Positions 11,611-24,892 of a stretch of 64,000 nt of DNA are shown here, piece by piece. Source of the stretch: Octopus sinensis. Lineage: Eukaryota. The first letter of the stretch is position 1. Each line of letters opens with the position of its first letter. The position numbers were made by a program, and so were the translations under genes. Below the pieces are notes generated by a model that saw nothing but the letters and a program-made list of their open reading frames with translations, did no database searches and had not been told where the DNA came from. The stretch covers positions 35,278,001 through 35,342,000 of the forward strand of contig NC_043013.1 in the NCBI RefSeq assembly GCF_006345805.1, given 5' to 3'.

Positions 11611-12350
11611 GAAGGCACAGCCAATGGTGGTGCTCCGGCATGACCGCAGCTTTATATAAATATGACAGACTTCTTTCTGATTCCATCTGCCAAATCCACT
11701 CATGAAGGTTTGGTTGACCCGTGGCTTTCATAGAATATCCTTGCTTAAAATGTCATACAGTGGAACTGAACTCAGAACCATGTGGTTGGGAAGCAAGCTT
11801 CTGACCATCATTATTTCAACAATAACAATGAAAATAGTGACGATGAGCCTGACCACTACAGTCATTATAATAATCAAGATCTACACAGATAACACTACAA
11901 AGGAACCTTTATATAGTACTGAATCTGCTAGAAATAGCAGTTAAACATCCCTCTAATTACATATTTGATAATCTAGCTCTAGATACATTATTTCAGACAA
12001 ATGAACAGGATAGTCATGGCTGGACATACTTGAATGATGACAGATGTTGAGTTAAACAACAAAATGTGTAACATAAAATAAAAAAAATTACTCAGTGACT
12101 AGAAATAGTTAATATAGGCAATATGCATATGTCCATTCCACACACGCTCACACACACATACATCAACAACATTCACCAATTTCTTGAAAATGGGGTCATA
12201 ACCCCGAAATATTGAATACAAGGTAAGTCTACATTAATTCACATATTTGTTTTCTTGTTATTTTCCTTGCATTTATTTTGCATTGTACTGGCTTTACCCA
12301 CAATCTTTTATTCAATATATTCTACACAATGCTTCACAGTAATTATTCCC

Positions 12351-12382
<32 letters not shown>

Positions 12383-12384
<2 letters not shown>

Positions 12385-12803
12385 CAGGTATAGCCGTGTG
12401 GTAAGAAGCTTGCTTCCCAACCACATAGTTCTGGGTTCAGTCCCACTGAACGAGCATCTTCTACTGTAGCCTCAGGCATACCAAAGCCTTTGGCTGACCA
12501 AAGCCTTGTGAGTGGATTTGCTAGATAGAAATTGAAAGAAGCCCATCATATTTGTGTGTGTGTGTGTGTGTGCATGTGTGTGTGTGTGTATGTTTGTGTA
12601 TGTGTCTGTGTTTGTCCCTCCAACATCACATGACAACCGATGCCAGTGTGTTTACATCCCCATAACTTAGCGGTTCGGCAAAAGAGACTGATAGGATAAG
12701 TACTAGGCTTACAAAGAATAAGTCCTGGGGGTCGATTTGCTTGACTAAAGGTGGTGCTCCAGCATGGCCATAGTCGAAGAATGACTGAAACAAGTAAGAG
12801 AAT
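12383..12803 (+). mobile_element. SINE family A, followed by a long (TA)n
   Basis: Head, central (TG)n and tail present; internal duplication of CCAAAGCCTT. Confidence 0.85.
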
Positions 12804-12862
12804 ATACATATACATATGTGTGTGTGTGTATGTATGTGTATACATACATACACACATACATA

Positions 12863-12979
<117 letters not shown>

Positions 12980-13652
12980 ATTGGTGAATTGAAGAAATGG
13001 AGCTGAACGCAGATTGAACAGAAATCGTTTTATTTCATTCTACACGTGTGATTTTTGCTACTAAGGTATCGGTTAAACTTTTTATTAATCTACTACAAGA
13101 TTATTCATCTTTTTATTTCACATAATATATATATATATTATATATATATATATATATATATGATGAGAATCGAAAATGTCAACAGCATTGCTAATGGTTA
13201 CAGTGATTGATCAATGGAACAATTTAAAAGCACCACCACTTCTAGGCAATTTGTGCTGACAGCATTAGCTGTGCCATGATGTTGCTAAACCACAGTATCT
13301 TCTGTGGAAGCGGTCAGTCTCTACTTGTAGGCCCTACAAGTGGGATTAACAGAGAAATGAATGCAATAATGAAACAACATAGCTTCTTACTAAACCTACT
13401 TCAAAATTGTATCTATATGTGTACGTTTGTGTGTATATTTGTAAACATATATGCCTGTGTGTGTATATTTATGTAATTGGGGAGGGGGCGGGGTCAGTAT
13501 ATACATACATGTGTACATACATGCATATGCATATATTTATATGTATTTATATATATGTACATATGTATATGTGTGTGTGTGTATGTGTGTTTGTGTGTAA
13601 ATATATATGTATTTACATATATACATATGTACGCATGCATATACACACACAT

Positions 13653-13690
<38 letters not shown>

Positions 13691-13693
13691 TTC

Positions 13694-13725
<32 letters not shown>

Positions 13726-14756
13726 TATGTATGAATGTATATATGTATATGTGCATGTACGTATGCCTGTATACACACACATATAAAAATGAATATTTCA
13801 CCTCGTTAAAAGGGTGGTATTTATAATTTTGCTTTCTTCTAAGGAAACAACACAGTTAAAATAAATTTTTCGCAAATTATGTTTCCATACAATATCTTTT
13901 GAGATTCTGTTGAAAGAAAATTGGTGATGAAAATTATTCTTTGTACTTCTCATTCAGATTGATAACAATAGTTTCACCACCACCCCACCCAACTCAATGC
14001 CAATGACTTCTTTTGAATAGTCACTTAATTGCTCTGACAGAAAAATATTCTAGGACTTGGCGAGGAAACCTAATTTATGTTCAATTCTTGTGGTGTTGTT
14101 ATAAGTTAGCTTTTGAGTGCAAATCCAAGTGTGCTTGCATGTGTGTAACTCTGTGTGTGTGTGTGTGTGTGTGTGGTATTTTATTTTTTTTTTAGGTGGT
14201 CAGAGAGAACAATTGGAGTGGTGAAGAGGATAAAACTTTATGCAATCTGATTTCTTTTGAAATAAATGGGCAGTAAATGTATATTTTAGTGAATCACACA
14301 AACAACAAAAAAATTAGCAAAGTTATAAATAAAAATTAAAAAAGAAACTAAAAAAAAACACCCCGTGAAATTAAACAAATGTTTAAATTTTCATAACAAA
14401 CTTTTTGATTTGACAAAAAAATAATACACAATTGAAATTAAATTATACATATGCATGTATACACATGAATATAGAAAAAAGAAAAATCAATCGTGGAAAC
14501 AAAAAACTAAAAGAAAAAACAATAGGCTGACAGAATGATAGAAGCCATCAAACAACACAATGCAAGAAAATGCATGCACACAGATACACGCATACTAACA
14601 CAAATGCATACATAAACATGCACACGTACATGCACGTCCGCATGCAGAGGACACCTTCTTTATTTCTATTTCCTCCTCTGCTATTCCATCCGCTGTTGCA
14701 GAAACAAAGAAAGGAAATCAAAATGGAACCATTTACTGACAAATGTAAACTATAAA

Positions 14757-14866
14757 CAGATGATGATGATGACGGTGATGACGATGATGATCAAGATGAT
14801 GATGATGATGATGATGATGATGACGATTATGATGATGATGACGATGATGACGATGATGATGATGAC

Positions 14867-14898
<32 letters not shown>

Positions 14899-14933
14899 CG
14901 ACGCTGATGATGATTATGATGACGATGATGATA

Positions 14934-14969
<36 letters not shown>

Positions 14970-15773
14970 GTGGTGATGATGCAATGATGATGATGATGAG
15001 ATGATGATGATGACAATGACGCTGATGATGATAATGATGATGATAATGATGATGATGATGGTGATGATGACGATGATGATGATGATGATGATGATGAGAT
15101 GATGATGATGATGATGACGCTGATGATGATAATGATGACGTTGACGATGATGATAATGATAATGATGTTGGTGATGATGATGACGATGATGATGATGAGA
15201 TGATGATGATGATGATGATGACGATGACGCTGATGATGATAATAATGACGATGGCAATGATGATGATGATGGTGATGACGACGACGATGTTGATGATGAT
15301 GAGATGATGATGATGATGATGATGACGCTGATGATGATGATGATGACAATGATGATGATGATGGTGATGATGATGACAATGATGATGATGATGATGATGA
15401 TGAGATGATGATGCTGATGATGATAATGATGATGATGGTGATGATGGTGATGATGATGATGACAACGACGACGATGATGATGACAACAATGACGACAATA
15501 AAGGTGATGACGACAGTGATGGTGATGATGATGATTACAATAATGACAATGACAACTGCTATAAAGACAAAGATGATGACAGTGACGATGATGCATGTGA
15601 TGGTAATGATGATGATGGTGGTATGTGTAGTGGTAGTGGTGGTGGTGGTGGTGAAGAAAAGAGGAGAAGGGTGACAATGACAATGATGATGATGCTGATG
15701 ATTATATGGAGGAGGAGGAGGAGGAGGAATAGAAAGAGGATGCTCTCTACAACAGTGATGAGGATGATGGTGG

Positions 15774-15804
<31 letters not shown>

Positions 15805-15960
15805 ATGATGATGATGATGATAATAAAGATGATGACGACAGTGACAACGTCGATGATGATGATAATGACAACAACGATGATAGTGATTATTATGACAAGG
15901 ATGATTGTGGTGATGATAAAGACGTCAATGACGACGACGACGATAATGATAACGATGATG
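14757..15960. repeat. ~1.2-kb (GAT)n low-complexity field with ~100-bp higher-order periodicity
   Basis: Directly visible; GAG phase shifts at 14998, 15096, 15197, 15301 and 15402. Confidence 0.95.
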
Positions 15961-16125
15961 AATCTAAAATCATTAAATTAGATACAGACAAAGAATTAGT
16001 CCGATTCCATTCATAACAAATATTTAGAAATAGATGAAACTGATAAAAGTAACGCTCATAAAAATGTAACCAAAAATTCAGAAAATAAACTAAAAAAAAT
16101 GAAGTTAGAAATGTCAGACTAATAT

Positions 16126-16340
16126 TCTTTTCTACTCTAGGCACAAGGCTCAAAACTTCTGGGGAGAGGCCAGTCGATTAGATCGACCTCAGTATACAAC
16201 TGGTACTTAATTTATCAACCCTGAAAGGATGAAAGGCAAAGTCGACCTCGGCAGAATTTGAACTCACAACGTTAAGACAGACGAAATACCATGAAGCATT
16301 TTACATGGTTTGCTAACGTTTCTGCCAGCTTGCTGCCTTT
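16126..16340 (-). mobile_element. SINE family B
   Basis: Homologous to 8752-8985. Confidence 0.85.
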
Positions 16341-16396
16341 AAAACAATAGTAACAATAATAATGATTATCATAATAATAAAAATAATAATAATAAT

Positions 16397-16446
<50 letters not shown>

Positions 16447-16659
16447 AATAATGGTTTCAAATTTTGCCACAATGGCAGCAACTTTAGTGGAGGGGATGAG
16501 ACAGTTACATCGAGCCCAGTGTCCAACTGGTACTTATTTTATCGACCCTGAATGGATGAAAGGTGATAAATATGCTGTGTGAACTTTGTGTCATATTGTT
16601 GGGCAATAACAATGCTAAATGTGAATAGTACGAATTACTTCTGTAGAATATTTGAATAT

Positions 16660-16835
16660 TTTTTTCTACTCTAGGCACAAGGCATGAAATTTTGGGGGAG
16701 AGGGCCAGTCGATTAGATTGAGCCCAATATGCAACTGGTACTTAATTTATTGCTTCTGAAATGATGAAAGGCAAAAGTTGACCTCAGCGGAATTTGAACT
16801 CACAACGTAAAGACAGATGAAATACCGCTAAGCAT
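16660..16835 (-). mobile_element. SINE family B, head truncated
   Basis: Homologous to 16126-16340. Confidence 0.8.
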
Positions 16836-16963
16836 ATAGGGTTAGATTCATTCAATTAAAAACGCTACATGGATGTGCCCCAGCATGGCCGCAGTCTAGT
16901 GATGACTGAACCAAATAACAAGTAAAAGATAAACGATCGTCAATATAAACAGTATGCACACAA

Positions 16964-17128
16964 TAGGTGCAGGTGTGGCTGTGTGGTAAGAAACTTGCTT
17001 CCCAGCCAGATGATTCGGGGTTCAGTCCCACTGTGTGACACCTTGGGCGAGTGTCTTTTTCTTTAGCCTTGGGCTGACCAAAGCCTTGTGAGCAGATTTG
17101 GTAGATGGAAACTAAAAAGAAGCCTGTC
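16964..17128 (+). mobile_element. SINE family A, 5' half ending in expanded (TA)n
   Basis: Head GGTGCAGGTGTGGCTGTGTGGTAAGAAAC through GGAAACTAAAAAGAAGCCTGTCGTATATAT. Confidence 0.85.
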
Positions 17129-17153
17129 GTATATATATATATATATATATATA

Positions 17154-17222
<69 letters not shown>

Positions 17223-17227
17223 ATAAT

Positions 17228-17279
<52 letters not shown>

Positions 17280-17547
17280 ACAGGCTTTATTCGCACACAC
17301 ACACACATACACACACATATATATATTGTGTATTTTGGAATGGTCATTTTGCCAGTTTAGCCAATAAAAACACACGCACTATATATTTGGTGTTACTTTG
17401 CTTCAGTATTATTTATTTTTTCATTAAATTTAATCTTATTTTGGCCAGAGTTCTTTCATCACACTCCTGTGGCCACATCAGTGGTCCTTTGCTTTCTTCT
17501 TTCTTATTTGTGTGTCTCTCCTTACTAACCGTCAGCCGGTTAGTAAT

Positions 17548-18190
17548 ATACTGTGCTAGAGAAGACCCAGCAAGCCAAGTGAGACCATAACCCGTGGCCT
17601 ATGCCAGTGGTGTAACCAGCCCACTTATGAGTACCTTTCCTTCATTGGACACTAAACTCTGCTTGTGAAGACCTGTTGAGGCAAGTGAAATTGAAATAAA
17701 ATTCGATGACAGCACCACATGACTGGCATCCGTGCTAGTGGAGCACTAAGAGTACCATCCAAGCATGATACCTGCCAGGGCCACTGACTGGCTCCCATGC
17801 CAGTGGCACATAAAAAGTACCGTTTGAGCACGATTGTTATCAGCGTCGACTTACTGGCACTTGTGTCTGTGGCATGTGGAAAACAACATTTGAGCGAGGT
17901 CGTTGTTAGTGCTGCTGGACTGGTTCCTGTGCAGGTGGCACGTGAAAAACACTGTTTGTGCGTGGCCATTGCCAGTACTGCCTGACTGGCTCTCATGCCA
18001 GTGGCATGTAAAAGCACCCACTACACTCTCAGAGTGGTTGGCGTTAGGAAGGGCATCCAGCTGTAGAAACTCTGCCAGATCAGATTGGAGTATGGTGCAG
18101 CCATCTGATTTGCCAGTCCTCAGTCAAACTGTCCAACCCATGTCAACATGGAAAGCAGACGTTAAATGACGACAACGATGATGATGATGA
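17548..18190 (+). mobile_element. RTE LINE 3' end with degenerate internal minisatellite
   Basis: Homologous to 6209-6720. Confidence 0.85.
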
Positions 18191-18299
18191 TACCAGTTGA
18201 TTGGACTGGAGCAATGTGAAATGAAGTCTTGTCCAGGAATTGAATCCTTAATCTTATGATCATGAGTCTAATGTCCTAAGCACTAAGCTATGAGCTGCT

Positions 18300-19600
18300 A
18301 CAAAGAAGAGAAAAGGAACGATAGACATAGAAAAGTGGAGAAAAGAAAACAGAAATAGATGAGAGGATAAGTAGAGATTAGTGAGAGAGGGAGAGAGAGA
18401 AATAGAGAGAGCGAGAAGAGTGAGAGAGAAAAAGAGAGATAAACAGGCAGGCAGACAGAAAGAGAGAAGAGAGAGAAAGAGAAAGAGAGAGAAGAGAAAA
18501 AGACAGACAAATGGGCAGGCAGACAGAAAGGGAGAGAAGAGAGCAAGAGAAAGACAGACAAACAGGCAGGCAGGCAGAAAGAGAGAGAAGAGAGAGAGAA
18601 AGGGAGAGGGAGAAAGACAGAAAAACAGGTAGGCAAACAGAAAGAGACAGAAAAGAAAAAGAGAGAAGAGAGAAGAGAGAAAGAGAGAGAAGAGAGAAAG
18701 AGAGAGAAGAGAGAGAAAATGACAGACAAACGGGCAGGTAGACAGAAAGGGAGAGAAGAGAGAGAGAGATAGAAAGAGAAATAGAAAGAGAGAAAGAGAG
18801 AGAGAGAGAGAAAGACAGACAAACAGACAGAGAGGGAAGAGAGAGGGAGAGAGGGAGAAAGAGAGAGAAAAGAGTGAGAGAAGAGAGAGAAAGAGAGAGA
18901 AGAGAGAGAAAGTGAGAGGAGAGAGAAAGACAGACAAATGGGTAGGCAGACAGAAAGAGAGAGAAGAGAGAGAGGTGACATTATGTAGAGAGGGGGAGAG
19001 ATAGAAAGAGAGTGTAAAACAAGAGGATGGGAGAGAAATGATAAGTAGGAAAAAGAAGAAATACAGAAATAGGAAAGGGACAGGGATTGAGGGAGAGAGA
19101 GTTGGGGAAGAAGAGAGTTAGAAGTAGTAAAGAGAAGGAGAATAAGAAGCAAAGGAAGGAGAAAGAGAGAGAAAGTGAAAGAAAGAGAGAGAAATAGAGA
19201 GAGAGAGAAACAGAGAGAGAGAAAAAAGAGAGAAAAAGAGCAAGAAGGAGAGGGAAAGAAAAAGACAGACAAACAGGTAGGTAAACAGAAGAGTGAGAAG
19301 AGAAAGAGGTGACAATATGCAGAGAGGGGGAGAAAGGGAAAGAGAGAGTGTGGTGACAATGTGATAGAGAGAGAGAGATAGTGAGAGAGAAGACAATAGA
19401 GAGATAGAGAGAGAGAGAGGAAAAGAGAGGGAGAGAGAGGAATAGGGAGGGAGGGAGAGAAAGAGAGAGAGGCAACAATGTGATAGAAAGAGAGAGGTTG
19501 ACAGTGTGTGTGATAAAAAGAGTGAGGGAGACAATGTGACAGAGAAAAAGAGAAAGAGAGAGAGAGAGAGATAAGGAGAAAGATAGAATGAGAAAGAATA
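18300..19600. repeat. ~1.3-kb polypurine (GA-rich) tract with recurring AGACAGACAAACAGGCAGGCAGACAG subunits
   Basis: Directly visible; the 438-aa Leu/Ser/Phe ORF is its antisense translation. Confidence 0.95.
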
Positions 19601-19859
19601 TACAAGAGAATCATTTTGGCAACAAAATGGTTGACATTCCATGAACTGAAAAGTCAAGGCCGTTGTGGAATTAGTGAAGATAACCTTTCAGGAAGACTAA
19701 GGAAGTTATCTTTCTATCGGTTATGCTAATCTGAAAGACAGCAAGAACACAAGAAGAACAGTGCACCGAGGGCGTAAATCAAGCGAAAAGAACCAGAAAC
19801 AAGAAACCAAACCAAATTATTGCCATTTATTTGTATTCAAAATTCTCAGAGAACAATTC

Positions 19860-20086
19860 TATGTTATCATCATTGACATCACTATTTTCATTGGTGTCAT
19901 TATCATTACCATCATCATCGTCATCATCGTCATCATCGTCATCATCATCATCATCATTATCATCATCATCATTGCCATCATTAGCCATTCAGTTCCTACT
20001 GATTATTGCTATCATCAACATCGTCGCCATCATCATCATCGTCGTCGTTCGTGTTTAGTTCTCATTATTGCAATCATCATCATTAG

Positions 20087-20122
<36 letters not shown>

Positions 20123-20371
20123 TCAGCAGCAGCAGCAGCAGCAGCAGCAACAACATAATTATCATCGTCTGTACCAAAGCAGTATCGTCATTCATCTCTT
20201 TCTCCTCATTATCGTCATTGTCGAGATAATTATCAACATTCATGACCCTCTCACCCTCCTTACCATCATCGTCATGAGTTCCTCAGTTATTATTGCTCCT
20301 CTTGTTGTTGTCATCGACGTCATTGTTGTTGCTGTTGTTATTGTTGCTGCCATTGTTAGTGTTGTTAATGA

Positions 20372-20400
<29 letters not shown>
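19860..20400. repeat. (CAT)n/(CAG)n/(GTT)n/(CT)n composite simple repeat
   Basis: Directly visible. Confidence 0.9.
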
Positions 20401-20405
<5 letters not shown>

Positions 20406-21268
20406 AATAAAGAAAACAACTTATTGCTTTCATTGATTAGAGGGTACATGCCCCAGGCAAATACTACACAGAATCCAAGAGAAATCTGCCTGCCTGAAAG
20501 GCAAGCCTTCGCTCATCAACATACTCCGCCGTTGTGTTACAATTCCGTCTTTGACTGCAACAATCTCTGCTCCTTTAAATTTGTTCATTTTATATCCCAG
20601 TAAAATCCACTAAATACACCCTCGTCTTTTTGCCCCATCACACCTCTTCTGCTGCATCTCACCTCCAAGATTCCATGCTAAACACTTGTGTAAACTCTTC
20701 AGTTCTTCAAATTGTATTCTTCCTAAATTCTATCTCCATCTGTAAACCAGCAACAATTCATATTAAACATTATTAACTCTGCTAATGAGATACAATTATT
20801 CCTATACCCTACTGCTATGAAACATTCAAAAGTATGTATTACAGCTCCTCTACAGACTAATAGATCTTTAAGGAAGAAAAGAGAGAGAGCGAGAGAGAGA
20901 GAGAGTCACAGACAGACAGAAAGACAAAGAGACAAGCAGGCAGGCAGGCTGGTTGGCTGGTAAGCCAGCTAACAGGCAGGTAATGATCTTTTGTGTAATT
21001 GCTAGAATGTAAGTTCCGCTTCTATATAAAGTTCCACTGGAAAAAAAAAAAAAGATTTAAATGTCTCTGAACCTTAGTCACATCTAAATCATCAAAACTT
21101 TAAGGTGCCCACCAACACTGAATAATATAAATAAATATTTTGTAACACATTTTGGAAAGAAGAACTGCCTGCTCATTTTCATCATCACTATTTAATGTTT
21201 GTTTTTCATGCTGGCCTGCACTGGATGGCTTGACAGGGTCTGGTGAGATAAAGAGTTGTGCCAAGCTC

Positions 21269-21813
21269 CAATTTCTGCTTTGGTATGGTTTCTATCGTTG
21301 GGTGAGCCTTCCCAACACTAACCACTCAACAGAGCATACTGTCTGCCTTTTATATGGCACCAGCACCCGTGAGGTCACCAAAAAACTAGCATGACAAGAT
21401 TCTTCAATTTCTGCTTTGTATGGTTTCTATCGTTGGTGAGCCTTCCAATGCTAACCACCCAACAGAGCGTACTGTCTGCTTTTATATGGCACCAGCACCC
21501 GTGAGGTCACCAAAAAACTAGCATGACAAGATTCTTCAATTTCTGCTTTGGTATGGTTTCTATCGTTGGGTGAGCCTTCCCAATGCTAACCACCCAACAG
21601 AGCGTACTGTCTGCCTTTTATATGGCACCAGCACCCGTGAGGTCACCAAAAAACTAGCATGACAAGATTCTTCAATTTCTGCTTTGGTATGGTTTCTATC
21701 GTTGGGTGAGCCTTCCCAATGCTAACCACTCAACAGAGCGTACTGTCTGCCTTTTATATGGCACCAGCACCCGTGAGGTCACCAAAAAACTAGCATGACA
21801 AGATTCCTCAATT
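21269..21813. repeat. Four tandem copies of a 136-bp unit derived from a minus-strand RTE 3'UTR
   Basis: CAATT unit starts at 21269, 21405, 21537, 21673 and 21809; unit 2 is 132 bp. Confidence 0.95.
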
Positions 21814-22039
21814 AAGCAGGTGTATTTAATTGATGGAAGTGGGAAGATGGTAAAATATGATATGGAGACTGGAACAGGTATCTTGCTAAGGGGGGATACG
21901 TAGTCAAACCAGTTATAAACTGGAAAACATTATAAGTAGTCTCTGCATCTTGTATAATTTTAAAATTTGAATTTAAGAAGTAAAGAAAATGGGTAACTAT
22001 TTATATGGTTTTAGTGGTTTTAAATATATATATTTTTTA

Positions 22040-22320
22040 CCATTTTTTTACCATTTTTTACCCCTCTGCGAAAAGATCTCAGAATTTTAATTGATTTGCT
22101 TTTCGCAGGAAGGAAAGTTTCTTGTCGAAGATATGTCTCGCTTTTATCCTTCGAAACGTAGAGTAGATGAAACCATAGCGACTGAAGAAGGGTTTTTTCT
22201 TTGTGTTAATTGTCCTGTACTCCAGTTTTTGTTGTTTTTAAAAAAAAGTCCAGTTCCTTTGGTTTGTGTCTATGTTTTCGTTTCTCTTTGTGTTCGACGT
22301 CCCTTTGGTGTCCTGTACTC
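22040..22320 (+). mobile_element. Unclassified repeat 3' end (T/G-rich tail) running into TA/TAGA microsatellite
   Basis: CpG-rich relative to its flanks; tail style resembles 25322-25600 and 36695-36885; family not identified. Confidence 0.4.
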
Positions 22321-22402
22321 ATATATGCGTGTATATGTACATGTAGAGGTAGGTACGTACATATATGTTTATATATATGCATATGTTTTATTTCATTTAT
22401 TA

Positions 22403-22449
<47 letters not shown>

Positions 22450-22536
22450 GCACACACATACATATGAATATATATATATATGTATGATATATATAGATAT
22501 AGATATAGATAGATAGATAGATATAGATAGATAGAT

Positions 22537-22585
<49 letters not shown>

Positions 22586-22594
22586 TAGATAGAT

Positions 22595-22655
<61 letters not shown>

Positions 22656-23025
22656 AAGTTTTAGAGGTCATAAATAAAAAGCAAGACTGATTTGCGATCA
22701 TAATTTCTCAAGATATAGACAGGATCAATGAGAAAGTTCTCAGCTTGAAAAGCAAACATTTATTCAACAACACACCAACGAATGCCAACTACTAGAATCG
22801 TGTTATATGTTTCATTATTCAATGGGTTTTGTTGTTTTTTTTTTTGTTTTTTGCGTAGCTACAGTGACTGAAATGAGGTCTGTTTCTCTAAATTTAATAA
22901 TGCTTTGCCACCCTGGTTAAAGTTTATTCAAAGTAACCGCATCTTCTACAACCACCACGTTCCTTGGCACGTAACACCTGTGAATGGTTTATTTCTTAAA
23001 ACACGTCATAGCTAAATAATATGGC

Positions 23026-23062
<37 letters not shown>

Positions 23063-23093
23063 TGTATGTATCTATCTATCTATGTGTCTATTT

Positions 23094-23172
<79 letters not shown>

Positions 23173-23177
<5 letters not shown>

Positions 23178-23236
23178 CGTCTCTGTGGTGTTTCATGTTC
23201 TTGTCCATGTCTGTAATTAATTTTACTGTTTACCTA
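23173..23236 (+). mobile_element. ~60-bp 3'-terminal fragment of the (TA)n-embedded element at 25322-25600
   Basis: GTGTCGTCTCTGTGGTGTTTCATGTTCTTGTCCATGTCTGTAATTAATTTTACTGTTTACC is near-identical to the reverse complement of 25324-25386. Confidence 0.85.
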
Positions 23237-23476
23237 TATATATATATATATATATAAATAGACACATAGATAGATACATACATACATACATACATGCAGA
23301 CATATATATGTATATATGCATATATATATATGTATGTACATGTACAAATATACATACATATATACATATATTTACATACATCATATGTGTATATGTATAT
23401 ATACATATATATGTATTCACATGTACATATATGTATATAAAAATGTATATATACATACATATATATATATATATAT

Positions 23477-23515
<39 letters not shown>

Positions 23516-24420
23516 GAGGGATAGATAGGTATATAGATAGATAGATAGATAGATAGATAAATAGAAAGGTAGATAAATAGATACATAATCAGATGCATGT
23601 GTATGTATACGCAGCTAAGCAAGGAAAATAAAACATCTATCCATAGATAAAAGATTAAGTAGACTTGCTCGTTAAAGGTCAAACTGGATCTTTGAGTTGA
23701 TCAAGACAAAACTCGATACCATTGAAAATAAAAGAGAAAAAGTGAATTCATTTAAGGGTATGGGTGAGCAAAAAAAAAAAAGAAAAAGACACAAAACTCA
23801 CTGGATTTATCGGTAAATACAAATACAGCAAATAGTTTGATCTTTCAAAAACTAAAATTACTTTCATTTCTGCGTTCAAATCACTTCATAATCCAGTCCC
23901 AGAACAATCCCGTGAACTGATTGGGGGGCTCTTCTTTTTATGTTCTTCCAGTATGAATTTCTGGCCTTCTGCCAATGTTAAAAAACCAATATTAATTATT
24001 CTAATGCCGTTAAGATTAGAAATGGTAAAATATTGATGTTAATTTTGTATTTTGTTTTAATGATTTTTTTTTGATTTTTTTACTTCAAATTGTATTGATG
24101 CTAATTTTGTCTTTTCTTTCATTTAATCTTTGCTATGCCTCTTATCAACAAATTTATAGCCATGTGCCAAAGCTAGAAATCCTCCTCCTCCTACTCATCA
24201 TGATCATAATCATCATCATTTTTATTATTATTGTTAATTGTTTTTATTCACCACCCTGATAATAGTATTTATCAGCCTTGTACTTGTGCTAGAAAGGATC
24301 ATTATTATTACTATTATTATCATAATTATTATTATCATCATTATTATTATTATCATTATTATTATTATCATTATTATTATTATTATCATTATTATTATAT
24401 TATTATTATTATTATTATTA

Positions 24421-24451
<31 letters not shown>

Positions 24452-24575
24452 GTTGTTGTTGTTGTTGTTGTTATCATCATTGTTATTATTGTTATCATTA
24501 TTATTTTTAATATCATTATTATTATTAATACCATTATTATCATTATCGTCATCATTATTATTATCATTATTCTAG

Positions 24576-24880
24576 CACTGCAAGCTGGCAGAATCATTAG
24601 CACACCAGACAAAATGAGTAGTAGCATTTTGTCTGTCTTTACATTCTGAGTTCAAATTCTGCCAACGTCAGTTTTGCCTTTTATCCTTTCAGAATTGATA
24701 AATCAAGTACCAGTTGTGTAGCAGCAGTCTGTATGTCTTTACATTCTGAGTTCAAAATTAGATCACATAACAAGTTCGACTTTGCTTTCCGCTTTTCAAT
24801 TAACATATATACCAGTTGAATGCTGGGGTTAATGTAACCGCTTACCCTACCTAATTTTTCTGTTCTTATGCTAAAATTTG
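24576..24880 (+). mobile_element. SINE family B with internal duplication
   Basis: GTCTTTACATTCTGAGTTCAAATT occurs near 24634 and 24735. Confidence 0.75.
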
Positions 24881-24892
24881 AAATTTTATCAT

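Noticed and set aside
14733-15874. 316-374 aa His/Ile/Ser/Met-rich ORFs
   Set aside because: Translations of the (GAT)n field in several frames; no splice or domain evidence
18260-19657. Up to 438-aa Leu/Ser/Phe ORFs resembling membrane proteins
   Set aside because: Antisense reading of a GA polypurine tract, which lacks stops by composition
19761-20603. 280-aa ORF with poly-I/Q
   Set aside because: Mostly (CAT)n/(CAG)n/(CT)n repeats
22140-22200. Circularly permuted hammerhead (CGAAACGT...CTGAAGAAGGG)
   Set aside because: No consistent stem I/III or NUH placement could be built
23952-24024. Plus-strand exon MNFWPSANVKKPILIILMPLRLEM resembling the ATG4 motif PLLLLIPLRLG
   Set aside because: Spacing is off by one, the conserved Gly is missing, and no other ATG4-like exons were seen
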